Part shown: positions 53,164-64,000 of the stretch, one piece after another
Layout of the letters: the number at the start of each line of letters is the position of its first letter
Position numbering within the stretch: position 1 is the first letter of the stretch
NCBI GenBank assembly: GCA_951406725.2
Contig: OX597816.1
Coordinates: 32,984,001 to 33,048,000, forward strand
Length of the DNA stretch: 64,000 nt
DNA from: Octopus vulgaris
Lineage: Eukaryota
Reading direction: 5' to 3'
Made by a program: the position numbers and the translations under genes
The notes under the pieces: generated by a model
What the model was told of the DNA's origin: nothing
What the model saw: only the letters and a program-made list of their open reading frames with translations
Database searches by the model: none

Positions 53164-54152
53164 AACAAGAAATCATACCACCTAATAAACATGAAGAAGA
53201 AGAAGAAGATGAAGAAACAACAAAAGCTATTAAAAAAATGAAATCCAAACTAAAAATAGAACAGCAACGAACCATGATAAAACGATGGCAAGAAAAGCCC
53301 TTCATGGTAAATACTGCACTAAACTAAACGCAAAAGAAATAGACAAAGAAAAATCCCAGCAATGGTTGAGAAGCTCAGGACTCAAAGCAGAAACAGAGGG
53401 ATTTTTAATTGCAGCACAAGACCAAAGCCTCCCCACCAGAAATTACCAAAGACATGTAATGAAAAGAAATATTACAAGTAACTGCAGAATATGTGGAGAT
53501 GGACAAGAAACAATAAATCATATTATCTCTAGCTGCCCAGTCCTGGCTAAGAAGGAATATATTCACAGACATGACAGAGTGGGAACTTACATACATTGGA
53601 AGCTATGCCAACATTATGGAATAACAACAGAAAAAAGATGGTATAGGCACACACTAGAAAAGGTCACAGAAAACGAGAAAGCAACCATACTCTGGGATAT
53701 GCCGATACACACAGATAGAGAAATTAAGGCCAACAGACCAGATATAGTTGTCAGAGACAATGAAGAAAAAAAATGCATTCTAATTGATGTATCAATACCG
53801 GCAGATGACAACGTGTCTCTAAAAGAAATGGAGAAACTCTCAAAATACAAAGACCTGGAAATAGAGGTAACTACAATGTGGAACCTGAAAACAGAAACAA
53901 TTCCTATCATAGTAGGTGCATTAGGCATGATAAAAAAATATTCAGACAAATACATAACAAAAACACCAGGACTTACAAACACATATAACATACAGAAAAT
54001 TGCACTACTAGGCACTGCACACATCCTACGCAGAACACTTTCCATACAATAACCATCAGAGCATCACAACAAATCACAGCACATACCCAAGGCACACAGA
54101 GCTGCGCTCGGTAGTGAAGTGAAAGCACGCTATAAAAATAAAAATAAAACTA

Positions 54153-54156
<4 letters not shown>
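53164..54156 (+). mobile_element. 5'-truncated R4/Dong element (family B, copy 2)
   Basis: ORF 53285-54052: WLRSSGLKAETEG, AAQDQ, CRIC..H....C, RHD, NRPDIV, KYKDL. Confidence 0.95.
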
Positions 54157-54193
<37 letters not shown>

Positions 54194-54228
54194 TAATAAT
54201 AATACTATTAATAATAGTATTAATAATA

Positions 54229-54259
<31 letters not shown>

Positions 54260-54280
54260 TATTAATAATAATAATAATAA

Positions 54281-57200
54281 TGAGCAATACTTACATGTAG
54301 TGAACCCTAAACTGACAGATCCATCTCCTAATATAAGAATGGATGCTCGTCATGCTTCAAGGTCAACAAATCAAACAATAAACCGCATTGGTCATTGCGC
54401 GGATTACAAAAGACCACGTACCCGAAAATTGAACCAAATCCTGATTGAAAAATCAGTTACTGGATCAAATCTTCCCAACACACAGGAGCTGGACGAACCC
54501 CACAACCGGAATATTCCAACAGATGGCCATCCATGCTCATCACCAAATAATCAAAAGAAAAAGAAGGAAAAATGGTCTAGGGAAGATAATAAAGAAGTTC
54601 TTGAGGCCTTCTACCATGCCATATATTTCCCCACAGATAAGTCTAGCACTGTACAAGCATACTTAAACTGGAGACAGAAACACCCTGAAGTAAGACCCTA
54701 CATAGACAGTAACAAGCTTGCCAATGTTAGAAGAAACATTATAAAAAAGAAATTACTGACTGAAGTAGAGATTGATCAGGTTAGACAAGCAATATCGGAT
54801 AAAATGAACGAAGCTGCAGCTAGAGAAGATAATACAGAGGAAATGATTATAGACCAGCCCAGGGCGGATAAAAACGAAGAGAGGTTTGAAAGAGTTAGTA
54901 AAAGTGATAGGCAAAGTGAAATACGCCCTGAACCAATCATAAACACTAAGACAGATGAGCATCAAATAGATAAAGAAAGACACACAAATATTGACCCAAC
55001 AGAACTACATGAGCTAAAAAATCAAATCATGATTGAATGGCTGAAAATTAAAGAAACCAGCATGGATGAGCGTGATACACTTCCTAAAATCCGCAACTCT
55101 AACCAAAACATGAAAATAATTGGTAAAATCCGGCTTGCACTTAAGGATATAATTTCAGTTAATGATGTTGATATCACAAACCTCAACCACCTATACTATG
55201 CATCCGCGAAAATCTCAACGATCCTATGAGGTGTAAAGATTAGAAAACGGCAACAGTCCCACAAAAAGCCTTCTTGGCAAGAGCGTCTGCAACAACAAAT
55301 TAAAATATTTATATCTGACATTGAATATTTGAAAAACCTTAAGGCTCACAAGACTACCAAACCTACAAAAACCCAAAAATTACTGAAAAAATACAATATG
55401 AAAACTATACTTGATATTGATGCCACCATAGAAACCATCAAACAAAAGGTATCTGCCAAAGCTGCCCGCATAGCGAGGTATGAAAAGCGTGTTAGATTTT
55501 TCAAGGACAACAACATGTTCAAAAATAACACCAAGAATTTTTACAGGAAGATAGGAAAAACAGCGTTTACTGCAGGGTCTGTACCATCAAAAGAAGAAGT
55601 GCAGAGATTTTGGAATAAAATCTGGGCAGAAGAAAAAACACACAACGAACAGGCCCCCTGGATTGACAGAATATCTACAGAACTGGACCCCTTAGAAGAG
55701 CAAAAGTGGGAGGGTGTCAAGGTAGAAGATATAAGATCTGCTCTCAGGATGTCAAGCAAATGGAAGTCTCCAGGAAAGGATAAAATTCCTAACTTCTGGC
55801 TGAATGCCTTCCCAGAGAGCCATGAACTGCTAACAGAACTGTACAATGATGTTTTGCAACACCCTAGTAGGATGCCTCCTTGGCTAGTTAATGGGTTAAC
55901 ATTCCGGCTTCCAAAAAGTGAAGAAACAAATGAACCAAAAAACTATAGACCCATAACCTGCTTAACAACTATGTACAAAACACTAACATCTGTCCTGACG
56001 GAATATACCTATAGTTTTTTAACAGACAGCAGCATATTCCCTAATGAACAGAAAGGATGTAAACGTGGATCCTACGGCTGTAAAGGCCAACTACTCATCA
56101 ATAAGATGATCTTAGAAGATTGTCACAAACGACACAAAAACTTATCAATAGCCTGGATAGACTATAAAAAGGCTTTTGATAGCCTACCACATAGCTGGAT
56201 TAGGAAATGCCTTGAAATGTATAAGATAGCACCAACTCTGCGAAACTTCTTGACTGTAAGTATGAGATCATGGAGAACCACACTAACTCTGAACAGTGAC
56301 AGTGAATCCCTAAATGCTGGTGATGTAAACATTTTCGTGTGGCATTTTCCAGGGTGACTCACTGTCACCACTCCTCTTTTGTTTATCCTTAATACCTCTC
56401 ACAAAGCTGCTCAATGACGCGCAGTACGGGTATAAAATGTTTGATAAAAATATAAATCATCTCGTTTACATGGATGATTTAAAGCTTTTTGCAAAAAATG
56501 ATCAACAACTCAAGGGCTTACTAGCGATAGTCAAACAATTCAGTGACGACATCAGAATGCAATTCGGCCTCGATAAATGTGCAAAGGCTACCTTTATCAA
56601 AAGAAAAATGACAGAAACATCTAACGTTAACCTTGACCAACAGAATGTCATAAAAGAACTAGACCCCAGCGGAGAGCTACAAGTACCTAGGGGTAATTGA
56701 AGGGAACGGAATAAGGCATTCAGAGATAAAGGAAAGGATCAGGAGAGAATACTATCGAAGAGTGAGAGCAATACTCAAGACAGAGCTGAATGCAAGAAAC
56801 AGGATCGAAGCAATCACTGCATTAGCTATACCAGTCGTGACTTACAGTTTCAATATTGTTAACTGGTCAATTACTGAAATATGTCCGCTCGACAGAAAAA
56901 TAAGGAAATTGTTGACAATGCATAGAATGCACCACCCTAAGGCAGATACAGAACGACTCTATCTGCCAAGAAAAGAGGGAGGCCGTGGTCTTTTGCAACT
57001 GGCAATAACAATGAAGATTGCTACAATTGGCCTAGACACCTACCTGAAAAACTCTGAGGACTGGATGTTAAAACTTGTCTCAAAACATGAAAACAAGAAA
57101 GCATCATACTCAGTCACAAAACAGGCAAAGGAATATCTAAGTGAATTCCGAATACAACCAATTTCGGAATTAGAGATAGATATACAAGAAACAAGCACAG

Positions 57201-58228
57201 AAAAAGCTAGGCGCATGAAAACCCGTGCCAAAACTCCGGCCTTAGATAGTCTGAATAATAAATGGCAAGAAAAACCTCTCTATGGCAAATACCCAAAGAG
57301 AGCGAATAATGCAGATATCGATAAAGCCCTGACCCATCAATGGCTAATGGCCTCTGGCTTAAAATCTGAAACAGAGGGGTTTATCATAGCAGCTCAAGAT
57401 CAATGCCTACCAACAAGAAACTACCAGGCCAACATATTAAAGATCAGAAGCAGTCCAACGTGTCGTGTATGCAAGCAACAAAATGAAACCATTGACCATG
57501 TGGTCCCCAAGTGCAGTCTTCTAGCGCCTACAGAGTATCTCAACAGGCACGATAGAGCTGCACAATATATTCACTGGGTAATCTGTAAAAACCTGGATTT
57601 GCCCCATGTAAAAAACTGGTGGGAACACAAACCACCCCCAGTGCTTGAAAATGACCACATCTCACTCCTCTGGAACTTCACCATTCAAACTGACAGGAAG
57701 ATAGATGCAAATAGGCCAGACATCATATTGAAAGACTTCAAACAAAGAACATGCCTCCTCATTGATATGACTGTCCCAATCGATATAAACGTATCTGTCA
57801 AGACCTACCAAAAACTGAGCAAATATAAAGATCTTGAAATAGAAATCAGCAAAATGTGGAAGCTGAAGACTAAAACAATACCTGTTGTCATAGGTGCCCT
57901 GGGAATGATAGCAAAAGGGGCTGATAGCTACCTAACTCAGATACCAGGAAACCCCAAAATGGCAGAAGTTCAAAAGATAGTGCTCATGGGAACTGCTCAT
58001 ATCCTACGCAAAATACTCTCTATGTAATCTCAAGGTTTAAAACAAACATAATTTTCGGTTTAAAAAAAAAAAAAAAAACAACTTTTTTTTAGACATTCAT
58101 TAGTACAACATCCCCACCCCCAAATATAGGCATAACAACAACATGAACTTCCAACCCTGTTGTCTCTTGAGGTCTCTGGGTGAGACTTGGAACCAACTTG
58201 TACAAATATAAAGCAAAAGTCAAACATA

Positions 58229-58229
<1 letters not shown>
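54281..58229 (+). mobile_element. Near-full-length R4/Dong-clade non-LTR retrotransposon (family C), single ORF with RT, CCHC and RLE, disrupted
   Basis: KSPGKDKI, NYRPITCL, WIDYKKAFDS, GIFQGDSLSP, YMDDLKLF, CRVC..H....C, RHD, NRPDII..D..KYKDL; premature TGA at 55227 and frameshifts near 56335 and 56668; (TAA)n on both sides. Confidence 0.95.
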
Positions 58230-58309
<80 letters not shown>

Positions 58310-58311
<2 letters not shown>

Positions 58312-59030
58312 GCAGCAGGGCAGGTAGGACTGGTTGAAGAAGAGAACGTTAAGAAAAGTGACTGATCGTACTCTACTGGCTCCGCATGGCCAAGTATAGA
58401 CCACAAATTGGAAAGTCAATCTTAGGAATGATTGATTGTCTCCCCTGTTACTAATCTGTAATAGAGTTGAGGAAATCATTGTCCATATTATGAAAATGTG
58501 CCCTCGATTTACCCAAAACCAATACAACTTGTGGTGTCTCGATTAGGTAGCGAATGTCCTACATTAAAAATAATGCGAATGGTGGAAGCTAGAATGATGC
58601 CAGACTTCGCATGAGCACAAACTACGGAGAGAAACCTAGAAAATCCGGCGAGATTTTCCAATCCATACACATCTTGTACTTGAGCACAACAAGCCGGATC
58701 TATTGGTGGTGGTCAAGGTGAAACATGAGTGCTCTATAACTGATGATGAGTGCCCATTTAACCCATGAATAGTCAAGAAGAAAGGCGAAAAAATATACAA
58801 GGTAGCTCGACTATGGAATATCAAGAAGGCGGAATTGGTTGGGTCCTAAGGAATACTACCACTAGGCATCAAGAGGAATATAAACACTAATGTGTCAAGT
58901 AGAAATGTCAACAGAAAGTTTTCCTCATCAGCACAGCCAGGAGCAATGGTAAAGTATTGACTAGTGGAGACGAACATATTGCATGGAACCGTAGGCTGCA
59001 GGCAGCACACCCGATATTCATGCAAGAATT
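58310..59030 (+). mobile_element. Old degraded R4/Dong 3' region, related to 21900-22325
   Basis: KKVTDRTLLAPHGQV*TTNWKVN, DFPIHTHLVLEHNKPDLLVV. Confidence 0.7.
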
Positions 59031-59056
59031 CATGATATATCAATCATTTTACATGC

Positions 59057-59184
59057 CTATATCGATGAAAATGTTGGTCCGGTTTACGCTATATTAGATA
59101 TATTCACGTATAGCCATTCGATATATCACCGTTATGCGTTTGTTATACTATACTCAGCAATAATATATAAGCTCCATGAAAATG

Positions 59185-59280
<96 letters not shown>

Positions 59281-59287
59281 TACTACA

Positions 59288-59354
<67 letters not shown>

Positions 59355-59540
59355 TAATTTTTTATCCTCTACGAAGGTGTCTTTCATACTTACATAGTTC
59401 TTACAAAGGTGCATAGCTATAGGCATAGTTCGAAAAGGTACGAAGACAAATGCAGAAATATAGAGAAAAGCAAAAAGGGGATAAAGACTTCATACGTCTG
59501 AACATTAAGTGGATATTTAGAAAAGGATAATGTAAATGAC
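59057..59540 (+). repeat. Diverged direct copy of 47795-48190 with expanded (CTA)n
   Basis: Shared GATGAAA.TGTTGGTCCGGTTT, TATACTCAG, (CTA)n, GAAGACAAATGCAGAAATA and GGGGATAAAGAC. Confidence 0.8.
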
Positions 59541-59679
59541 TGTTAATAATAAGCAAATTTTGTACACCGATAGACATCGCACTCCCAACTGAAAGACAAC
59601 ATTCAGCAGAAGGTTATGGAGAGACTGTTTGAATATAAGAAGCATGGAATTGAAATATTCAAGATATGAGGATGAAAAT

Positions 59680-60240
59680 ATAAGGCCATCCCATAAGTTC
59701 TGTCCGAGTTTACCATTTTTGAAATTGAATGTAATTTAATAATATTTTAGAATGTGTAATGGAATTTAACCAAGCTTTGAAGAGAAAAACATCCGCTTTA
59801 TTGAATCGAAAGGAGTAATGTTTCATCAGGACAATGCGTAACTCGACACTGTAAAGATGACATCACAGAAGAACGAAGACCTTGGTTGGGAAAACATTCC
59901 TCGTCCACCTTATTCTCCCAACTTTGCTTCTTCACCACCATTTGATTCTTCTGTGATGTGATTTTGCAGTGTGGGGTCGTGCATTGTCCTGATGAAACAA
60001 ATTGTTGTCTGAAGGAGCATGGTCGGGAGAATCAGGTGGTTGGGAAAAAAATTCCTCATCCACCAGATTCTCCTGGCCTTGCTCCTTCAGACTATCATTT
60101 ACAGAATCATATGGGGGACATAGCTTTCGCAAGGCAGGAGGACAAAACTGACATTTCAGAGTTCTTCACTTTGAAAACAAAATTATTTTACATTGATGGG
60201 ATTAAATGCTTGTAAATAGATGGAAGGAAGCCATAGATAA
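59680..60240 (+). mobile_element. Rearranged mariner relic with internal inverted segments
   Basis: FHQDNA and PPYSP/PPDSPGLAPSDYHL motifs occur on both strands. Confidence 0.85.
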
Positions 60241-60765
60241 TCATCAGAAAGTCCTCAAGAAGCTTGAAAATCCTGAAACTTGAAGTTGTAATATATGCCA
60301 ATATGCATGATGTAGAACCACTTTATAAACTCTTGAATACAATCCAAAATTCAAATTGTCGACTATGTATGTAATAAAAGAAATCAGGCAAGAACTCAAG
60401 CCAGATATCACTGAGTTAAACGAAATTATTTACGCAGCTGCTAAGACAATTGAAACTAGTTGTATGCGTCCGAAAAAAAAAAACACCAAGAAATAAAAAC
60501 CTGGGAGGAATTCCAAACTGTAATTGAAAAAGAGATCGAAATAGATATTGAAATAACGAGAGGTGAACTTACAATATTGAATTAATCTTTGGAAACGATG
60601 TAAAATCCAGAAAAGAAGAAAGTTGAAGTTAAGATATAGTTTCTCACCAAGAGAACTGCTTTCAACCAAAACAACGCTGAAACAAAAATTCCAATCAAAG
60701 TTCAAAGAATACGAACGTTTGAGAAGAGAAACAAGCTTTACAATCACAATAAGCTGTTCATATTC
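60240..60765 (+). mobile_element. Degraded R4/Dong pre-RT region
   Basis: DITELNEIIYAAAKTI; TLKQK...QRIRTFEKRNKLYNHNKLF. Confidence 0.7.
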
Positions 60766-61199
60766 AAATTTATGGAACAGACTAGCTTAAAGTGACAGGC
60801 TCTACGCGCGGATAAGGGTGTGGTTGTTACTTTCTGTTGCTTCCTTGCTGTTTCTTATCAACACAGTCTCCCTCTTTGTTTCTCTCTCCTTTCTCTCTAA
60901 CTTTCCAATTCTCTCACCCTTCCTTTCTCTCGGACTCTCTTTCACTTTCTCTCACACTCTATCTTTCTCTATGTATCTCTCCCCCATTTATAAAGAACAA
61001 AAGATCTTGAGTAATTTGAGAAAGGCAATATTTTGAAAGATCAATCCTAAATATCAGGCAGTGACAACGGAAAGGTCTACTTCAAGGCGGACAGTAAAAC
61101 ACTAAAATTTAAAAGGGACAGGCGAGCTGAATAAAAATGAAAAAAATATTGGAAACTAAAGTTTGAAGGGAAAGAATCTGAGGATAGTAGACTCACCAT

Positions 61200-62050
61200 G
61201 GCTGGCATTCAAAACTTCTTAACGACGGACAGCAACGTACTGGCAGTTTAAAGGCTGGCGCAAAATTTTGAACTTGATGTAAAAGAAAATTCCTAAACAA
61301 GCAAGCGTCCAGAACACACAGCGTAGACGAAACAAACAAATCAATGCTGTGGTCATTGAGCGTTACTACTTGAGCAACACCGTAGAGGAAAATGGTTATT
61401 CATCTTAGAGGATACCGATAACGTATGTATGATCAATGGAGAGAAAGAGGATTCTGTCAACTCAGAGATTATGTGAGCAGAGCTAGAGCAATAAGAAAAA
61501 ATCGTTGGTTCACAGAAGTAGGGCTCAAGGGTATCAAAAGACCGGTATTGGAAAACGGCAGCAGAGAAAACGATGGAAATACAGTTCCTACTGATAAAAG
61601 TAATCTCATTGCAGAAAGCAGAGGTGAAACAGCAAATAAACCTCAGGAAAGGAACAGTGATAGCTTACTCGATGAGAGACATATAGATGGTTTCGAAGAA
61701 GACAATAAAACTAATGGTGACATGACAAATGGGCAAAGAGCAATCTACGACCAATTAAAGGTAAGGCTACAGGAGAAAGATAGCGATGGAAGCAGTATCA
61801 TGGAAAGAAGAATGTGAATGAAATTCTGAAATACACCAGAACAAAAAAAAAACATCACAGGAACAAATAATTTGAGTAGAGCAACAAGTATTGTTGTGGC
61901 AGAAAATATGGGTGCTGATGTCAAGAAAAGGAAATATAATGCGAGTGACAAAAGACAATTAGGAGCTTAAAAGTGAACAAAAATATAGGGCACTAAACAC
62001 GAAGTATAATATGAAAAGGGCTTGAAAGTAGTAATGGAGGAATTGAAAAT
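61200..62050 (+). mobile_element. Degraded R4/Dong N-terminal region
   Basis: VVIERYYLS...YR*RMYDQWRERG...RARAIRKNRWFTEVGLKGIKR. Confidence 0.75.
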
Positions 62051-62069
62051 GAATGTATATTTATATATA

Positions 62070-63444
62070 CAAGCGGAGCTACCCGGCGTTGTTGCTCGGT
62101 ATTAAAATAACATAGTTTGTATATAATATATTACAGTTATGTTGAAACAGTAGATATGGGAAAGTGCAGCATTAACAACAAGAAATTTGTTGAGTAAATG
62201 ATGGTCAAATTCGACTAAGCAACATACTATGCGTCCGTCTAGAGTATTTCAAGCCGTAACCTGTCATGGAAAATTGGGAGTAGGGGATATGCGATATTTG
62301 TACGCACTGAAAAGCTGTCAGTGGTTATACTCACTCTTGCAGCAGTCGGTGCTGTGTCTAACACAACCCCTCATCTGAAATGTTTGCCCCTCCTTCATGT
62401 TTGTTGTCCTACATCACTCATAAATTAAATTTGGAGGAACTGTGGTTGCTCATTTATGGGTAACAAAGAGCCAATGGGGTGATAGACTTGCCCATGAACT
62501 TTGACGTCGGATTAAATTCTTGTTTATTTATCTACTCAAAAGCATCAAACGATGTCATTTGAAATGCAGAGTTGTATTGTCTGATATTGTTCAGAAAATC
62601 TTTTGACTGGAAGATGTGCCTTCTAGCAGATTGTGAAGACGCTGGTAGTGCTGGCAATGTTACCTAACCGTCTGAGCAGAACTTACCATTTGTTGAATTT
62701 TGAAGCTCTACAGAAACGACAATTTGTGTTTAGCACACCAATTTGGACAGACTTACCATTTTTATAACAATGGGATGGATCATATCTGTAAACAGCTTCA
62801 GGAGTTGTGAAGAACGAAATTGTACGTAGTCTGTTTCTGAGAGCTATTCTAGGGGACCTCTGTCTAATCATTATAACATTGATTTAATGATCCAGCATTA
62901 AGTGTTGCAGCATGCAATTGCTGATCTTGGGAAAGTCCCACCTCTCTTCTCTATTGAGACTTCGTCTGACGTGTTGCAGCATACCTTTGCCGATCTGGAG
63001 AAAATCTCATCTCGCTTCTCCCTTCAGACACTCGCCTTTGGTTTTCTACACTCCTCCTCGCTTTATACTTGCTTCTGTAGAGATTACGTTTATCTTTAGT
63101 GGCATATTTTTTCAATAATTTAAACAAAAAAAAAATGAACATAGAAAGAAATTATACATTAATCTCTATTTTTACAAGCAGTTTTAAGTATGTAGAATGT
63201 TTTTACTTTTGTATGCAGTATAAATAAACCAAATAGAAGCACATGTATGAACTGTTAATTTAACGGTAAATTCTGAAATAGTGTAAAAGATAAGAGATTG
63301 TTTGAGCTCGCATTAGGCAAGAAGTTGAATTTTTGGGACCATGACACTCATGGACCCTAAGTAAGGCATGTGTAAAACATGAATGAAATCGGTTTTATAG
63401 TTCTCGAGTTTTAGGGATTCACACTGACAGCCTGACAGTCACAT

Positions 63445-63491
<47 letters not shown>
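62070..63491 (-). mobile_element. Internally deleted Helitron with RepHel N-terminal remnant
   Basis: Minus 5' TC(TA)n; FLNNIRQYNSAFQMTSF at 62547-62597; CRFCRASKF; 3' hairpin CCGAGCAAC..GCCGGG then CTTG (decayed CTAG). Confidence 0.85.
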
Positions 63492-63525
<34 letters not shown>

Positions 63526-63589
63526 TACACACACATGTATATGTGTATGTATGTATGCATGTATGTATATATATATATATATATATATA

Positions 63590-64000
63590 TAATACTACAA
63601 AATTAGAGAATGGAGAAACATACTTAAATCAGTAAAACATCAACTATCCGATGATACTCAATCCATACTTTAATACACCATTACATATGAGTAAAGGCAA
63701 TATATAAAATGAAATGAGATATACAGTAATAGTAAAAGTAAAAAGATAAAGAGATATAAGTAAAAAATTTCAAATATAATATGCAAATAAATCAAAACTG
63801 ACAGCTGTTTCGGCAGTGAGGACAGTCATACCTCATTTAACCTATAAGCCATAAAGGCAGGTATAAATGAGGCATTAACAAGGATGCCCCACGGCCTCTT
63901 CAGAGAATTAAATTAAATTTGTTATAATAGTGAAAAATATTATATAATCATATACATATAAATATAAAAATATAAAAATGTAAAATATAAAAACTTATAT
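63590..64000 (-). mobile_element. Penelope-like non-coding element next to (TA)n; may run past the window edge
   Basis: Contains an HHR. Confidence 0.6.
63798..63905 (-). ncRNA. Type I hammerhead ribozyme with long structured stem II
   Basis: Minus: ct-CTGAAGA-ggccgtg...cactgcc-GAAAC-agct-GTC-ag; palindromic ACAGCTGT; GUC site. Confidence 0.75.

Overview
AT-rich, repeat-dominated eukaryotic DNA. The SINE types, TAA-targeted R4/Dong LINEs and very long (TA)n tracts suggest an octopus or other coleoid cephalopod genome (inference). I found no recognisable host protein-coding gene; most ORFs in the track are microsatellite artefacts or transposon debris. Contents: (1) at least eight minimal type I hammerhead-ribozyme (HHR) motifs, in about six sequence-distinct non-coding Penelope-like/retrozyme-like elements. 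Most lie next to (TA)n, several have inverted-repeat architecture, and all have a palindromic stem III. (2) A stacked array of R4/Dong-clade RLE retrotransposons in (TAA)n at 50.2-58.3 kb, including one near-full-length copy. (3) Two copies of a GG-ended MITE with 8-bp TSDs and internal telomeric (CCCTAA)n. (4) Two tandem, diverged 18S rRNA 3' fragments. (5) Helitrons, mariner/Tc1 relics, many SINEs, and several local direct or inverted duplications. All calls were made by eye; coordinates of degraded elements are approximate.
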